IMG/VR virus record: IMGVR_UViG_3300045996_004119
Location: 32,001 to 96,000 of that record
DNA from: a virus
Length of the DNA stretch: 64,000 nt
Direction: 5' to 3' (one strand)
Shown piece by piece: positions 25,077 to 33,374 of this stretch (positions are counted from its first letter, which is position 1; every line of letters starts with the position of its first letter). The position numbers and the translations under genes were made by a program. The notes beneath the pieces are model-generated. The model made no database searches and was not told where the DNA came from. It was given only the letters and a program-made list of their open reading frames with translations.

Positions 25077-25732
25077 TGACCAACGGCGCCATCCCCCTCC
25101 ACCCCGACGACCTCGACACTTCCGTGCTCGCGACCCGAGACGGCGTGACCGCAGCCGCGCTGGCCGCCGCCAAGGACGCGCCGGACGGCGACCTGCGGAT
25201 AGCGTCGGAGCTGCACTTCCGCGGCACCACCATGCCGAATGGACCGCTGCGAGACCTGACGCTGGAGGCGGCGCGCAGGCTTCGTGTCGCCGCGCGCCTC
25301 GTGGCCGGAGTACGCTCGGTCATGGTCGGCGACGTCCACGCCTACGAGCGCAACGACGTGGAGGAGGGCGACGGGTCCACGTGGGAACTGCGCGCCGACG
25401 GCGACGTGCGATGGGTGCCGCGCGAAGAGGCGATGGGGAGGCTCCGGCGCGAGGTGGATCAGCCGCGCGCGCCGCAGGTGTCGCCCGAGATCCAGGCGGT
25501 CACGCGCCGGGCCGCTCTCGGCGGGCGGTGGCGCGATCCGGATGGCGTCGAGAAGACGGCCAGCCGCGTGGAGCAGATCGGGGACCCGGTGTACCTGTGC
25601 GGGAGGCTCGTAGGCGTCGAAGCACGCGACTTGGACATCGTCTGGACCGATGGCACGAAGACGCCGGCGAAGATCGTTGCTCACCCGCGGCTCGGGTGGG
25701 AGGCGATTCTGGAGGCCGAGGAACGCGCGTGA
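25076..25732 (+). CDS. Hypothetical protein
   Basis: Coupled ORF with high GC3. Confidence 0.65.
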   Translation: MTNGAIPLHPDDLDTSVLATRDGVTAAALAAAKDAPDGDLRIASELHFRGTTMPNGPLRDLTLEAARRLRVAARLVAGVRSVMVGDVHAYERNDVEEGDGSTWELRADGDVRWVPREEAMGRLRREVDQPRAPQVSPEIQAVTRRAALGGRWRDPDGVEKTASRVEQIGDPVYLCGRLVGVEARDLDIVWTDGTKTPAKIVAHPRLGWEAILEAEERA

Positions 25733-26259
25733 GCTACCCGTACTACATGAAGCCCATCGAGGAGCGGGCTCGCGAGGCTGGCGTGCCCGTGGACTGGCTT
25801 CGCGACCGGCCAAGGAAGCGACGAGTCCTGTGGCGCGACGTGCCGCGGCGGTTCTTGGTGATCCAGGCGCGATGCGCGGTGATCGGCATCCTGGACCTTG
25901 ATGGGTTCGCGGAGTGGGTGCTGCCGGACGGTGCCCGCGATCCTAGCGTGTCCAACCCGGGCAGCCTCAGTTCTGCGCTGCGCACGGCGCTCGCGAGCAA
26001 GCAGATCACCGCCGACCCCCAGCTACGGCGCGCCATGCGCGCGCTCTACCGGTGGGAGTTCCGGCAGTGCGCGCGCGTGGGTTATGCGTGTGACCCGCCG
26101 GGGCCGAGCGGCGCCCCGCGTCCGCTTCCGGCAGAGGACGATCTCAGGGCCCACATGCGAGAGGCCATCCGGTGGCTCGAGTACGTGGTGGGGCTCGGCG
26201 CAGAGCCGAGCTCGGCAGCGGCGAGAGACCTCGCCCGGCTCCGGGCGGCGTGGGGATGA
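25729..26259 (+). CDS. Hypothetical protein
   Basis: GTGA coupling after GAGG. Confidence 0.6.
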   Translation: MSYPYYMKPIEERAREAGVPVDWLRDRPRKRRVLWRDVPRRFLVIQARCAVIGILDLDGFAEWVLPDGARDPSVSNPGSLSSALRTALASKQITADPQLRRAMRALYRWEFRQCARVGYACDPPGPSGAPRPLPAEDDLRAHMREAIRWLEYVVGLGAEPSSAAARDLARLRAAWG

Positions 26260-26290
26260 CACGTTGGATGGCGAGGCGAGAGGAGGACGC

Positions 26291-26641
26291 GTGAGAGACA
26301 GCCAGAATACGGACCCGACACGAGAGCTCGAAGCCGAGGCCGAAAGCCGACGCGAGGCGTGGGGCGCGTGGCTGCGCACGCTGTCCACGTTCGCCGCGGA
26401 GACGGACCCGGTTCGCGCGCGCGAGCTGGCTGCGGAGGTCGCGGGCGGCATGCCATTCGCCATGCAATCCAGGCTCGCCTTCCTGGAACTGCTCCCGCTG
26501 GAGATACGGCGACGCGAACTCGAGGCGACGCCTGCGGCGCGATTCGCCGCCGCGCTCAAGCTGGCCGGTCAGATCGGATTGAGCGATGGCGTCGTGCCAG
26601 ACTACGTGCGCGAGAAGGTCGCGCCGACGGAGGGCGGGTAG
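26291..26641 (+). CDS. Hypothetical helical protein
   Basis: AGGAGG RBS before GTG 26291. Confidence 0.55.
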   Translation: MRDSQNTDPTRELEAEAESRREAWGAWLRTLSTFAAETDPVRARELAAEVAGGMPFAMQSRLAFLELLPLEIRRRELEATPAARFAAALKLAGQIGLSDGVVPDYVREKVAPTEGG

Positions 26642-26674
26642 CCTGAAAGCACAACGCCCGCCACCTCGGCCAAG

Positions 26675-27847
26675 GTGACGGGCGTCTCGGGGCGACCGGG
26701 CGGGCGCGACCCACGCATCTACTACCGCGACGGGCAGGTCTCGTCGAGGAGGAACGCTGTGGGAGAGGCGCAGTTCATCGACAGAGAATGGGAGGCATGG
26801 GCCGCGACGCTGGGGCGCTTCCCCGGTGGTGGGCTCGCGCGGGCCAATGCGGCGCACGCAGAGGAGCTGCGCGCAGCAGGCTGGCTGCACCGGCCGCAGC
26901 GCAGCGCGGCAGATGACGACCCCGAGGACAACGGCTGGATCGCCCCGGCGCGGCACCGGCGCAGCGTGGAGGATGTTGGCGGCATGGTGAGGCGCCTCGT
27001 CGACCGGCTCGACCCCCGCTCGCCGCCGGAGCACCTGCCGCGGCCGGTGGCGCTCACGATGGTGGGCATCGTCCAGGCGCTCGGAGACCTCCTGTTCTAC
27101 CCGGACACGGAGACGCCGTGGGCGGCGGCGACTGTCGAGCTGGCCGCCCTCGTTGGCCGGCAGCGCCGAGAGGACCCGGAGCGCCCGCTCTTCCGCGGCG
27201 CCGGCCACGTGCTGGCGGTGGCCTCCGAGGACGGCGTGGAGCGGCGCCTCGGTGCGGGCGCTCAGAGCTACCAGGTCGCCGAGAGCCGGGGGAGGACGCG
27301 GGCGCACTGGCACGAGGTGGAGTGCAAGGCGACGCACGTCAGCGGTGGCGTGGTGAAGAACCTCGGCGAGGTAGAGCGCGCCATCGACGCCCAGCGCAGC
27401 ACGGCGGGCGCGAAGCTCGACCCGGTGGACCGCGCCGGCCTCGACGACTGGCTGCGCGACGGCGCGAGCCCGGTGGCTCGGGTGCTGCTCTACCGTCGCA
27501 GGCTCGCGGCGACCCGGGGGCACGGGATCCGGCGTGGGCGAGGGGCCTTCGACGTGGCGATCAGCGACGCCGAGGCGAAGGCGGCCACGGCCGACCTGAG
27601 CGACAAGGACATCCTGGGCAGGCTCACCCGGGCGAAGGGCATCCTCGAGCGTCACCTGCGGCGGCTGGCTCCGAAGGCGGAGGAGATGGCGCTGCTCACC
27701 GGGGACAAGGCCTTCTTGGCGCCGCTGACGCCGGCGGCGCGACCGAGGGGGGAGAGGGAGGATGGGAGCCGGCCTCCCCGCGCGCCGCGGCCCACGCGGG
27801 TCTTCTCCGAGCCTGCCGAGGTCATGATCGGCCCCGGGGGTCCGTGA
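26675..27847 (+). CDS. Hypothetical protein (390 aa, start uncertain), candidate late-gene regulator by position
   Basis: Long high-GC3 frame; GTG start sits in the 3' arm of hairpin 26654-26685. Confidence 0.65.
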   Translation: MTGVSGRPGGRDPRIYYRDGQVSSRRNAVGEAQFIDREWEAWAATLGRFPGGGLARANAAHAEELRAAGWLHRPQRSAADDDPEDNGWIAPARHRRSVEDVGGMVRRLVDRLDPRSPPEHLPRPVALTMVGIVQALGDLLFYPDTETPWAAATVELAALVGRQRREDPERPLFRGAGHVLAVASEDGVERRLGAGAQSYQVAESRGRTRAHWHEVECKATHVSGGVVKNLGEVERAIDAQRSTAGAKLDPVDRAGLDDWLRDGASPVARVLLYRRRLAATRGHGIRRGRGAFDVAISDAEAKAATADLSDKDILGRLTRAKGILERHLRRLAPKAEEMALLTGDKAFLAPLTPAARPRGEREDGSRPPRAPRPTRVFSEPAEVMIGPGGP

Positions 27848-28332
27848 GCGGCCCGAAGGCGCGTGGCTGGAAGGCGATCGCTGGTCGGCTCGGGATCGCC
27901 GAGAACACCGCCGTCGCCTACAGCCGACTCTGCGAGGACCCGCTGCCGGTGCGCGTCTCGCGCGGCGCACCCTGGTGCTACGAGCTCTTCCTCGACGAGT
28001 GGCTGGCCAGGCGCAGCGGCGGCGTGATGCGGGACGGCGCGGAGCTCGAGCGGCTCGAGGGCTGGGCGGCGATCTGCCATGAGCTCTTCGGCGTGGGCCG
28101 GGTCGTCGCCTTCCGGTGGGCCAAGCTGCCTCACGACCGGCTCCCCGTTATCGGCATCGGCAGCCGCGAGCCGTGGGCGTACAGGAGCGCGGTGCGCGAC
28201 TGGAAGAACCGGGGGGACATGCCCTTCCAGGCGCACGAGCGGATCCAGGTTGAGGCCACGGTAACGTGCGCCGCAAAGCGGCGAGGAAACAAGGACGCTC
28301 AGCCGCGGAGATTGCGGCACAAGCAACATTGA
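27844..28332 (+). CDS. Protein with two tandem excisionase/AlpA-like (MerR-type) winged-HTH domains
   Basis: RGWKAIAGRLG.....AVAY....EDPLPV......WCY...LDEWL and EGWAAICHELFG.....AFRW....HDRLPV......WAY...VRDWK. Confidence 0.7.
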   Translation: MSGPKARGWKAIAGRLGIAENTAVAYSRLCEDPLPVRVSRGAPWCYELFLDEWLARRSGGVMRDGAELERLEGWAAICHELFGVGRVVAFRWAKLPHDRLPVIGIGSREPWAYRSAVRDWKNRGDMPFQAHERIQVEATVTCAAKRRGNKDAQPRRLRHKQH

Positions 28333-28405
28333 TCTGCGAGCTCGGCCGGGTCACTTTCGCATCACGCTCGCGAGAGGCGTCCCCGAGGGGAGCCGTCGCG
28401 GTTCT

Positions 28406-28534
28406 GACGCCGGCCCCGCTCCCCAGCGGCGAGCCGGCGTCGGCGCTTCCGGCTGCGTGATGACCGGAAAGGAGCTGGCGCCAGGCGCGCCGGCTGAATC
28501 CGCGGCTGCCGTTCTGGGGCGGCGGCAGCCGCGG
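28406..28534 (+). ncRNA. Putative structured RNA/leader of three consecutive hairpins upstream of the head operon
   Basis: GACGCCGGC/GCCGGCGTC with inner CCGCT/AGCGG; GGCGC-TTCCGG/CCGGAA-GCGCC; perfect 12-bp CCGCGGCTGCCG/CGGCAGCCGCGG. Confidence 0.5.
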
Positions 28535-28580
28535 CGAACCCATTTCTAGCCCCACATCCCCGGCCCTCCGGGTGAGCCAG

Positions 28581-28811
28581 ATGAAAGCAACCTTCAAGGT
28601 GACCGAGCGCGGCGAGCCGGCGATTGTGCTGACGCCGGAGTCCCCGGAAGAGACCGTGCTCTGCACGGTGTTCTCCACGCGATGCATGGCCGATGGGTTC
28701 CGTATTGCCGGGACCGATCACCAGGCGCGCGGCGGCGCGGTGGATGAGATCACGCTGTTCCCGGCGCCCGTCGGTGACACGTCGCCGCCCAAGGGCCAGC
28801 CGAAGAAGTGA
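28581..28811 (+). CDS. Small hypothetical protein, first gene of head operon
   Basis: ATG 28581 in ORF 28572..28811. Confidence 0.55.
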   Translation: MKATFKVTERGEPAIVLTPESPEETVLCTVFSTRCMADGFRIAGTDHQARGGAVDEITLFPAPVGDTSPPKGQPKK

Positions 28812-28846
28812 GCCCGGCCGCGGGCCCCTGAAGCCCGCAACGACTC

Positions 28847-30670
28847 ATGCCCATCCTCGACCGCGCGCTCCGCATGTACGCCGCTGCGCGCGAGGCGCTA
28901 GCGCCGGGGCAGCCTACCGCAACGGCTGCGCCCACGGCGTCGTCGATGCCGCGTGGCGTGGCCGAGCTGCTCCACCGGCTCGTGGGCAGCGCCAACTCGC
29001 CGCCGGTATCCCCGGCCATCGAGGCGCAGCGCCTCGCGACGTTCCACGTCGAGCCGTCGGTCCGCACCTATCTGCGGTGGACGCCGTCAGACCTGACGTC
29101 CGCGCTCCAGCAGGCCGACGCCGGCAACCTCCGGATGGCGGCCGACCTGTGCGAGGCGATCCTCGGCGACGACCGAGCCGTGGCGGTGCTCAACACGCGT
29201 GTGAACGCCGTACTCGGCTCCGACCTCACGTTCGAGGCCGGGCGCGGACGGTCGAAGAAGAAGGCTGTTCGCGCGCTCGAGGCCGACGAGGACTGGTACG
29301 CCGCCTGGAGCGAGGCCGTGCTGGGGCAGATGCTGCTCTGGGGTCGCCTGCTCGGCATCTCCCCGGCGCAGCAGAACTGGCAGGGGATCGATGGGCACGG
29401 CGGGCGCCTGATCCCCGTCGTCGAGAACTGGCACGCGCGGCACCTCCGGCAGGACTCGCTGACGCGCGCGTGGTGGATGCGCGTCGGCAACGGCGGCGAA
29501 GAGGCCCAGGTCAGCCCTGGCGACGGCAAGTGGATTCTGTTCATGCCCTACGGCCCGAATCGGCCGTGGGCGCATGGACTCTGGCGCGGCTTCGCGCGGC
29601 TCTGGTTGCTGAAGCAGTACGCGATCGACGACTGGGGCAAGCACTCGGAGGCCCACGGCAACCCGATGAAGCTCGGGATCCCGCCGAAGGTCGGAGAGGC
29701 GAACCACGGGAACAAGAAGCTCCGTCAGGAGCTCGCGGACGACCTGGCGCAGCTCGGGGCGAACTCGTCGCTGGTGCTCCCGCCCGGCTTCGACTTCAAG
29801 CTGGTCGAGGCGACGGCGAACACCTGGGAGATGTTCAAGGCCCAGATCGACATGGCCAACAACGCCATGAGCGTGATGGCCATCGGCACGAACCTCCCGA
29901 CTGAGGTGGGCAACGGGGCGGCGACGGGCGCGACGGCGCAAAACCTCGTGCGGCTCGACTACAAGAAAGCCGACGCCGAGGCGCTGAGCACCATGGCCCA
30001 CGACCAGAACCTGGTCTGGTGGGCCGAGTTCAACTTCGGCGACGCAGGGCTCGCTCCGTGGCCGGTCTGGGACGTGGTGCCGCCGGCCGACCAGAAGGCC
30101 AGGGCGGATGTGCTGAGCACCTTTGCGAGCGCCCTCGACAAGCTCACCGAAGCGAACGTCCCGGTGGACATCCCGAAGCTCGCCGAGGAGTTCGAGGTGC
30201 CGCTGCGCGAGGTGGCCGAGTCCCGCGTGCAGAGCCCGCGCATCTTCGAGTACCACCTCAAATACGGCATTCTGAAGAAGAACGAGATCCGGCAATCGCT
30301 CGGGTACGACCCGGAGTCCGGCGGGGACGTCATCCCCGAACCGATCGTGCAGGTGCCCGGCACGAAGCCGACGGCACAGCGGCCGGAGGAGGAGAACGCC
30401 GCGGCGAGCGTTGCGCACCTCGCCTCGCTCGCGGAGGCGCACAACGCCGCGCACGACGACCAGCGACGCCAGACCACCGTGGAAACGCTCCGCGCGGTCT
30501 GGGGCCGCGGGGCCGCGCTAGCGACGGGCGTCGACCGCGACGCCTGGGCCATGGGCCGCGTGGAGGCCTTCCTTCACCTCCTGGCCATGGGGGAGCCGGA
30601 GCACCCGACGTACGTGGCCGACAACGATCTGCTGCCCGATGGGCACGAGCGGAGGACGACCGATGCCTGA
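28847..30670 (+). CDS. Portal protein (Mu gp29/DUF935-like) with appended C-terminal domain
   Basis: A..LCE.IL.DD..V...LNTR..AVL...L.F, GLWR......WL.KQY....W....E..G.P...G, S..VLP.G.DF.LVE motifs; position after terL region. Confidence 0.88.
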   Translation: MPILDRALRMYAAAREALAPGQPTATAAPTASSMPRGVAELLHRLVGSANSPPVSPAIEAQRLATFHVEPSVRTYLRWTPSDLTSALQQADAGNLRMAADLCEAILGDDRAVAVLNTRVNAVLGSDLTFEAGRGRSKKKAVRALEADEDWYAAWSEAVLGQMLLWGRLLGISPAQQNWQGIDGHGGRLIPVVENWHARHLRQDSLTRAWWMRVGNGGEEAQVSPGDGKWILFMPYGPNRPWAHGLWRGFARLWLLKQYAIDDWGKHSEAHGNPMKLGIPPKVGEANHGNKKLRQELADDLAQLGANSSLVLPPGFDFKLVEATANTWEMFKAQIDMANNAMSVMAIGTNLPTEVGNGAATGATAQNLVRLDYKKADAEALSTMAHDQNLVWWAEFNFGDAGLAPWPVWDVVPPADQKARADVLSTFASALDKLTEANVPVDIPKLAEEFEVPLREVAESRVQSPRIFEYHLKYGILKKNEIRQSLGYDPESGGDVIPEPIVQVPGTKPTAQRPEEENAAASVAHLASLAEAHNAAHDDQRRQTTVETLRAVWGRGAALATGVDRDAWAMGRVEAFLHLLAMGEPEHPTYVADNDLLPDGHERRTTDA

Positions 30671-31043
30671 CGACCTCGGCTACCGCCCGGCCTCCCCGCT
30701 GCCGCCCTACCTGGCGCCGGTAACCCTCGCTGCGCGCGCGCCGGCCGTCCTGTCGGCCAGCCGCTCTGGCGTGGGCCCTGCCGTGTCGGCCCAGCTCTAC
30801 CTCGACCGCGTGGTGGACCGCGGGCTGCGCGCCGCTCCGGAGGCGCTGCACGAGACGCTCGCCGCCGTCATGGCCGCCATCGAGGGCGCGCGGTCGTACG
30901 CGGAGGTCGAGGCGCGCCTCATCGAGCTCGCCCCCGGCGCGGCGGAGCGGTCGGAGGACTTCGCCGCCCTGGTCGAGGGCGCGGTGATGCTCGGCATCGG
31001 GGCGGGCGCGTGGGCGACGGGGGAAGAGGCGGACGCATCATGA
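30663..31043 (+). CDS. Small protein resembling the C-terminal helical tail of Mu gp29-like portals
   Basis: L..V...IEGARSY.EV..RL.EL......DFA.LVEGA...G..AG pattern. Confidence 0.55.
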   Translation: MPDDLGYRPASPLPPYLAPVTLAARAPAVLSASRSGVGPAVSAQLYLDRVVDRGLRAAPEALHETLAAVMAAIEGARSYAEVEARLIELAPGAAERSEDFAALVEGAVMLGIGAGAWATGEEADAS

Positions 31044-31447
31044 GCGAGAGCAAGTACCCTCTTATCAACGGCGTCTTCACGCCGGAGCTCCGCGCCGAGG
31101 AAGAGCTCAAGGCCAGCCGCGCGGTTCGCCTCCGCGTCCGGAGCGACGGCACCTTCCCGGGCACGTCCGTGGTCGCTGTTCACGAGGACGGCACGGAGCA
31201 CGCCATCGTGTTTTGCGACCGCATCGACATCAGCATCACGCCTGCCGGAGCGCGCGCCACCATCCATGTCACGGACGTGGTTGTCGACGTCGAGGCGGCG
31301 CCGGGCGCAGCGCCTGTCACCGCAGGCCCGACCATCAACAACTTCGCGGTGCATGTCCACGGCGCCGACGTCTCGCCGGAGGCGGTCAGGGGCGCTCTCG
31401 TGAGCGCGCTGGAGAGCTCCGCGGCCGTCCACGTCAGCGCCGCCTGA
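31040..31447 (+). CDS. Hypothetical beta-rich protein
   Basis: ATGA coupling; DGTF.GTSVVAV..DG motif. Confidence 0.6.
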   Translation: MSESKYPLINGVFTPELRAEEELKASRAVRLRVRSDGTFPGTSVVAVHEDGTEHAIVFCDRIDISITPAGARATIHVTDVVVDVEAAPGAAPVTAGPTINNFAVHVHGADVSPEAVRGALVSALESSAAVHVSAA

Positions 31448-31456
31448 CCCCTCCGC

Positions 31457-33034
31457 GTGCTCGTCGCCCTCGACACCATCGCGCCCGGGAGGCGCCCCGG
31501 TCTCCGTGTGTCCGCGGAGCCGGTGAAGCCGCGCGAGGCGATCGACTGGTTCGGACGCAAGACCCCGCTCGACAAGAAGGCGTGGGAGCAGCTCAGCGAG
31601 GACGCCCGAAAGCGCGCGTTCACGGCAGCGTGGGTCACCGACGTCAACGTCCTGCAGAGCGTCAAGGACTCGCTCCGGCAAGCCATCGACTCCGGCGAGA
31701 GCTTCGAGAGCTGGAAGAAGCGCGTCCGGACGGAGCTCGGCGCGAAGTGGCGCCGGGACAACGCCTACCTCGAGACCGTCTTCAGGAACAACGTCCAGAG
31801 CGCCTACGCCGCCGGCCGGTACAAGGCGCAGACCACGCCGCTCATCCTGAAGATGCGGCCGTTCTGGCGGCTTGTGGTGCTGCTGGACGACCGGACGTCG
31901 GAGTACTGCGAGCCGCTGGCGAAGCCGCCTGTCGTGCTTCCGGCGGATGACCCGTGGTGGGTCAGCAACTTCCCTCCGAGGCACCACCGCTGCCGCACGA
32001 CGACGGTGACGGCGAGTCGCCGGCAGGCCGAGCGCATCGGTATCTCGAAGGCGGCCCCGCGCGTCGGCGCGCAGGAGGGCTGGGGCAGCACTGCGGGGCT
32101 CGGCGAGTGGCAGCCGTCCGGAGAGGGCATCGCCCCGGAGTTCTTCAAGCCGGCTGAGAAGGCCGCCGAGAAGGCGCTCCCGAAGACTGAGCCGGCCGTC
32201 GCCGCGCCCGCCAGGGTGGTGCCGGAGATCGTCGCGCCGCCGGCCGAGGCAAAGCCTGATGCGCGACCTCCTGCGGAGTCGCAGCAGCCCCAGCGCGAGG
32301 CGGCCCGCAAGGCCGAAGTCGACGCCAGCACCGTGCCGGCGTGGACCAAGGCGACGGCGGGCAAGCGACGATTCCCGATCGACCGCGACGTCACCCGAGC
32401 CTCCAAGAAGGTGTTCGGCGGCAAGGCTCCGTCGTTCGACGCGCTGGAGAAGGCGTGGTCCGGCGCCGGCGTCAACGCGTCTGTGTCCGGCGTGAACTGG
32501 GACGACGCCTTGCAGACGATGCAGGTCAACGCGACCATCACCGCAGACGGCGAACTCGTCGGCCGCATGACCCGTTCCTTCCGAAGGAAGGCGGGCAAGC
32601 TCGTCGCCTACCACGACTACCTCGAGCTCAACGAGAAGGCCCAGGGCCGCGGGTACGGCGCGGCCGCGCTGAAGAACTCGATCCTGCTGTACCAGGCCAT
32701 CGGTGCGACGGAAGTCGGGCTCGATGCGCGCTGGGTCGGCAGGTACACGTGGGCTCGGTTCGGGTTCAACTGGGACGAGGCCACCGCCGGCCAGATCCGG
32801 CCGAAGCTCATTGAGCATCTCGTGCTCTCCGGCGTGCCGCGGGCAGGCGCCGAGGCGATGGCCGCCGCGACGTACAGGAGCGCAGCAGCGGTCGCAGGGC
32901 TCGAGCACAATGGCAGAGCCGTCGGCAAGGAATTCCTGCTGAGCGACGCGCTGAGCGGCTGGCGCGGCAGCCTGCGGATCGACGACCCAGAGGACCCGGG
33001 TTACCGCCGCGCAGAGGAGCGCCTCGGCCTATGA
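31457..33034 (+). CDS. MuF (Mu gp30/SPP1 gp7-like) minor head protein with C-terminal GNAT acetyltransferase-like domain (start may be 31508)
   Basis: EAIDWF.RK, AFT.A.V, LETVFRNNVQSAY.AGR, LDDRT...C, PPRHHRCR; C-terminal LELNEKAQGRGYG and VGRYTWARFGF. Confidence 0.88.
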   Translation: MLVALDTIAPGRRPGLRVSAEPVKPREAIDWFGRKTPLDKKAWEQLSEDARKRAFTAAWVTDVNVLQSVKDSLRQAIDSGESFESWKKRVRTELGAKWRRDNAYLETVFRNNVQSAYAAGRYKAQTTPLILKMRPFWRLVVLLDDRTSEYCEPLAKPPVVLPADDPWWVSNFPPRHHRCRTTTVTASRRQAERIGISKAAPRVGAQEGWGSTAGLGEWQPSGEGIAPEFFKPAEKAAEKALPKTEPAVAAPARVVPEIVAPPAEAKPDARPPAESQQPQREAARKAEVDASTVPAWTKATAGKRRFPIDRDVTRASKKVFGGKAPSFDALEKAWSGAGVNASVSGVNWDDALQTMQVNATITADGELVGRMTRSFRRKAGKLVAYHDYLELNEKAQGRGYGAAALKNSILLYQAIGATEVGLDARWVGRYTWARFGFNWDEATAGQIRPKLIEHLVLSGVPRAGAEAMAAATYRSAAAVAGLEHNGRAVGKEFLLSDALSGWRGSLRIDDPEDPGYRRAEERLGL

Positions 33035-33309
33035 GCGAACGCCTGGGCCGCGGGGATGCTGGGCTGGCAGAGGACCTCCTGCCGCTCGCCGATCGGCGCG
33101 AGGTCGGCGCCCCCGTCCCTTGGGTCGCCCTCGGCGACATCGTACTGGAGGCCGAGCGGCTCCGGGAGCACGGAACGCTCTCCCCGGCGGCCTTCGCCTC
33201 GCTGCGGCGGCGGGCGCGCGGGCTGGTTGCCAGCCTCCCCGGCTACAGGCAGGCCGAAGCCTTGATGTCGCTCGACGCGCTGGACCCCAGCCGCTCGAGC
33301 GGCAGCTGA
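33031..33309 (+). CDS. 92-aa protein, candidate immunity partner of MuF-GNAT
   Basis: ATGA-coupled immediately after the MuF C-terminal domain. Confidence 0.55.
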   Translation: MSERLGRGDAGLAEDLLPLADRREVGAPVPWVALGDIVLEAERLREHGTLSPAAFASLRRRARGLVASLPGYRQAEALMSLDALDPSRSSGS

Positions 33310-33374
33310 ACCACGAAGATCTTCGCGTCCGGGCAAGGGCCGCGAGCCCTCACGCATCAACCGGAGACATCGCG

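Noticed and set aside
33120-33374. 5' extension of the 929-aa ORF as given in the ORF track
   Set aside because: Overlaps the better-supported 33031-33309 gene; a Shine-Dalgarno favours GTG 33375
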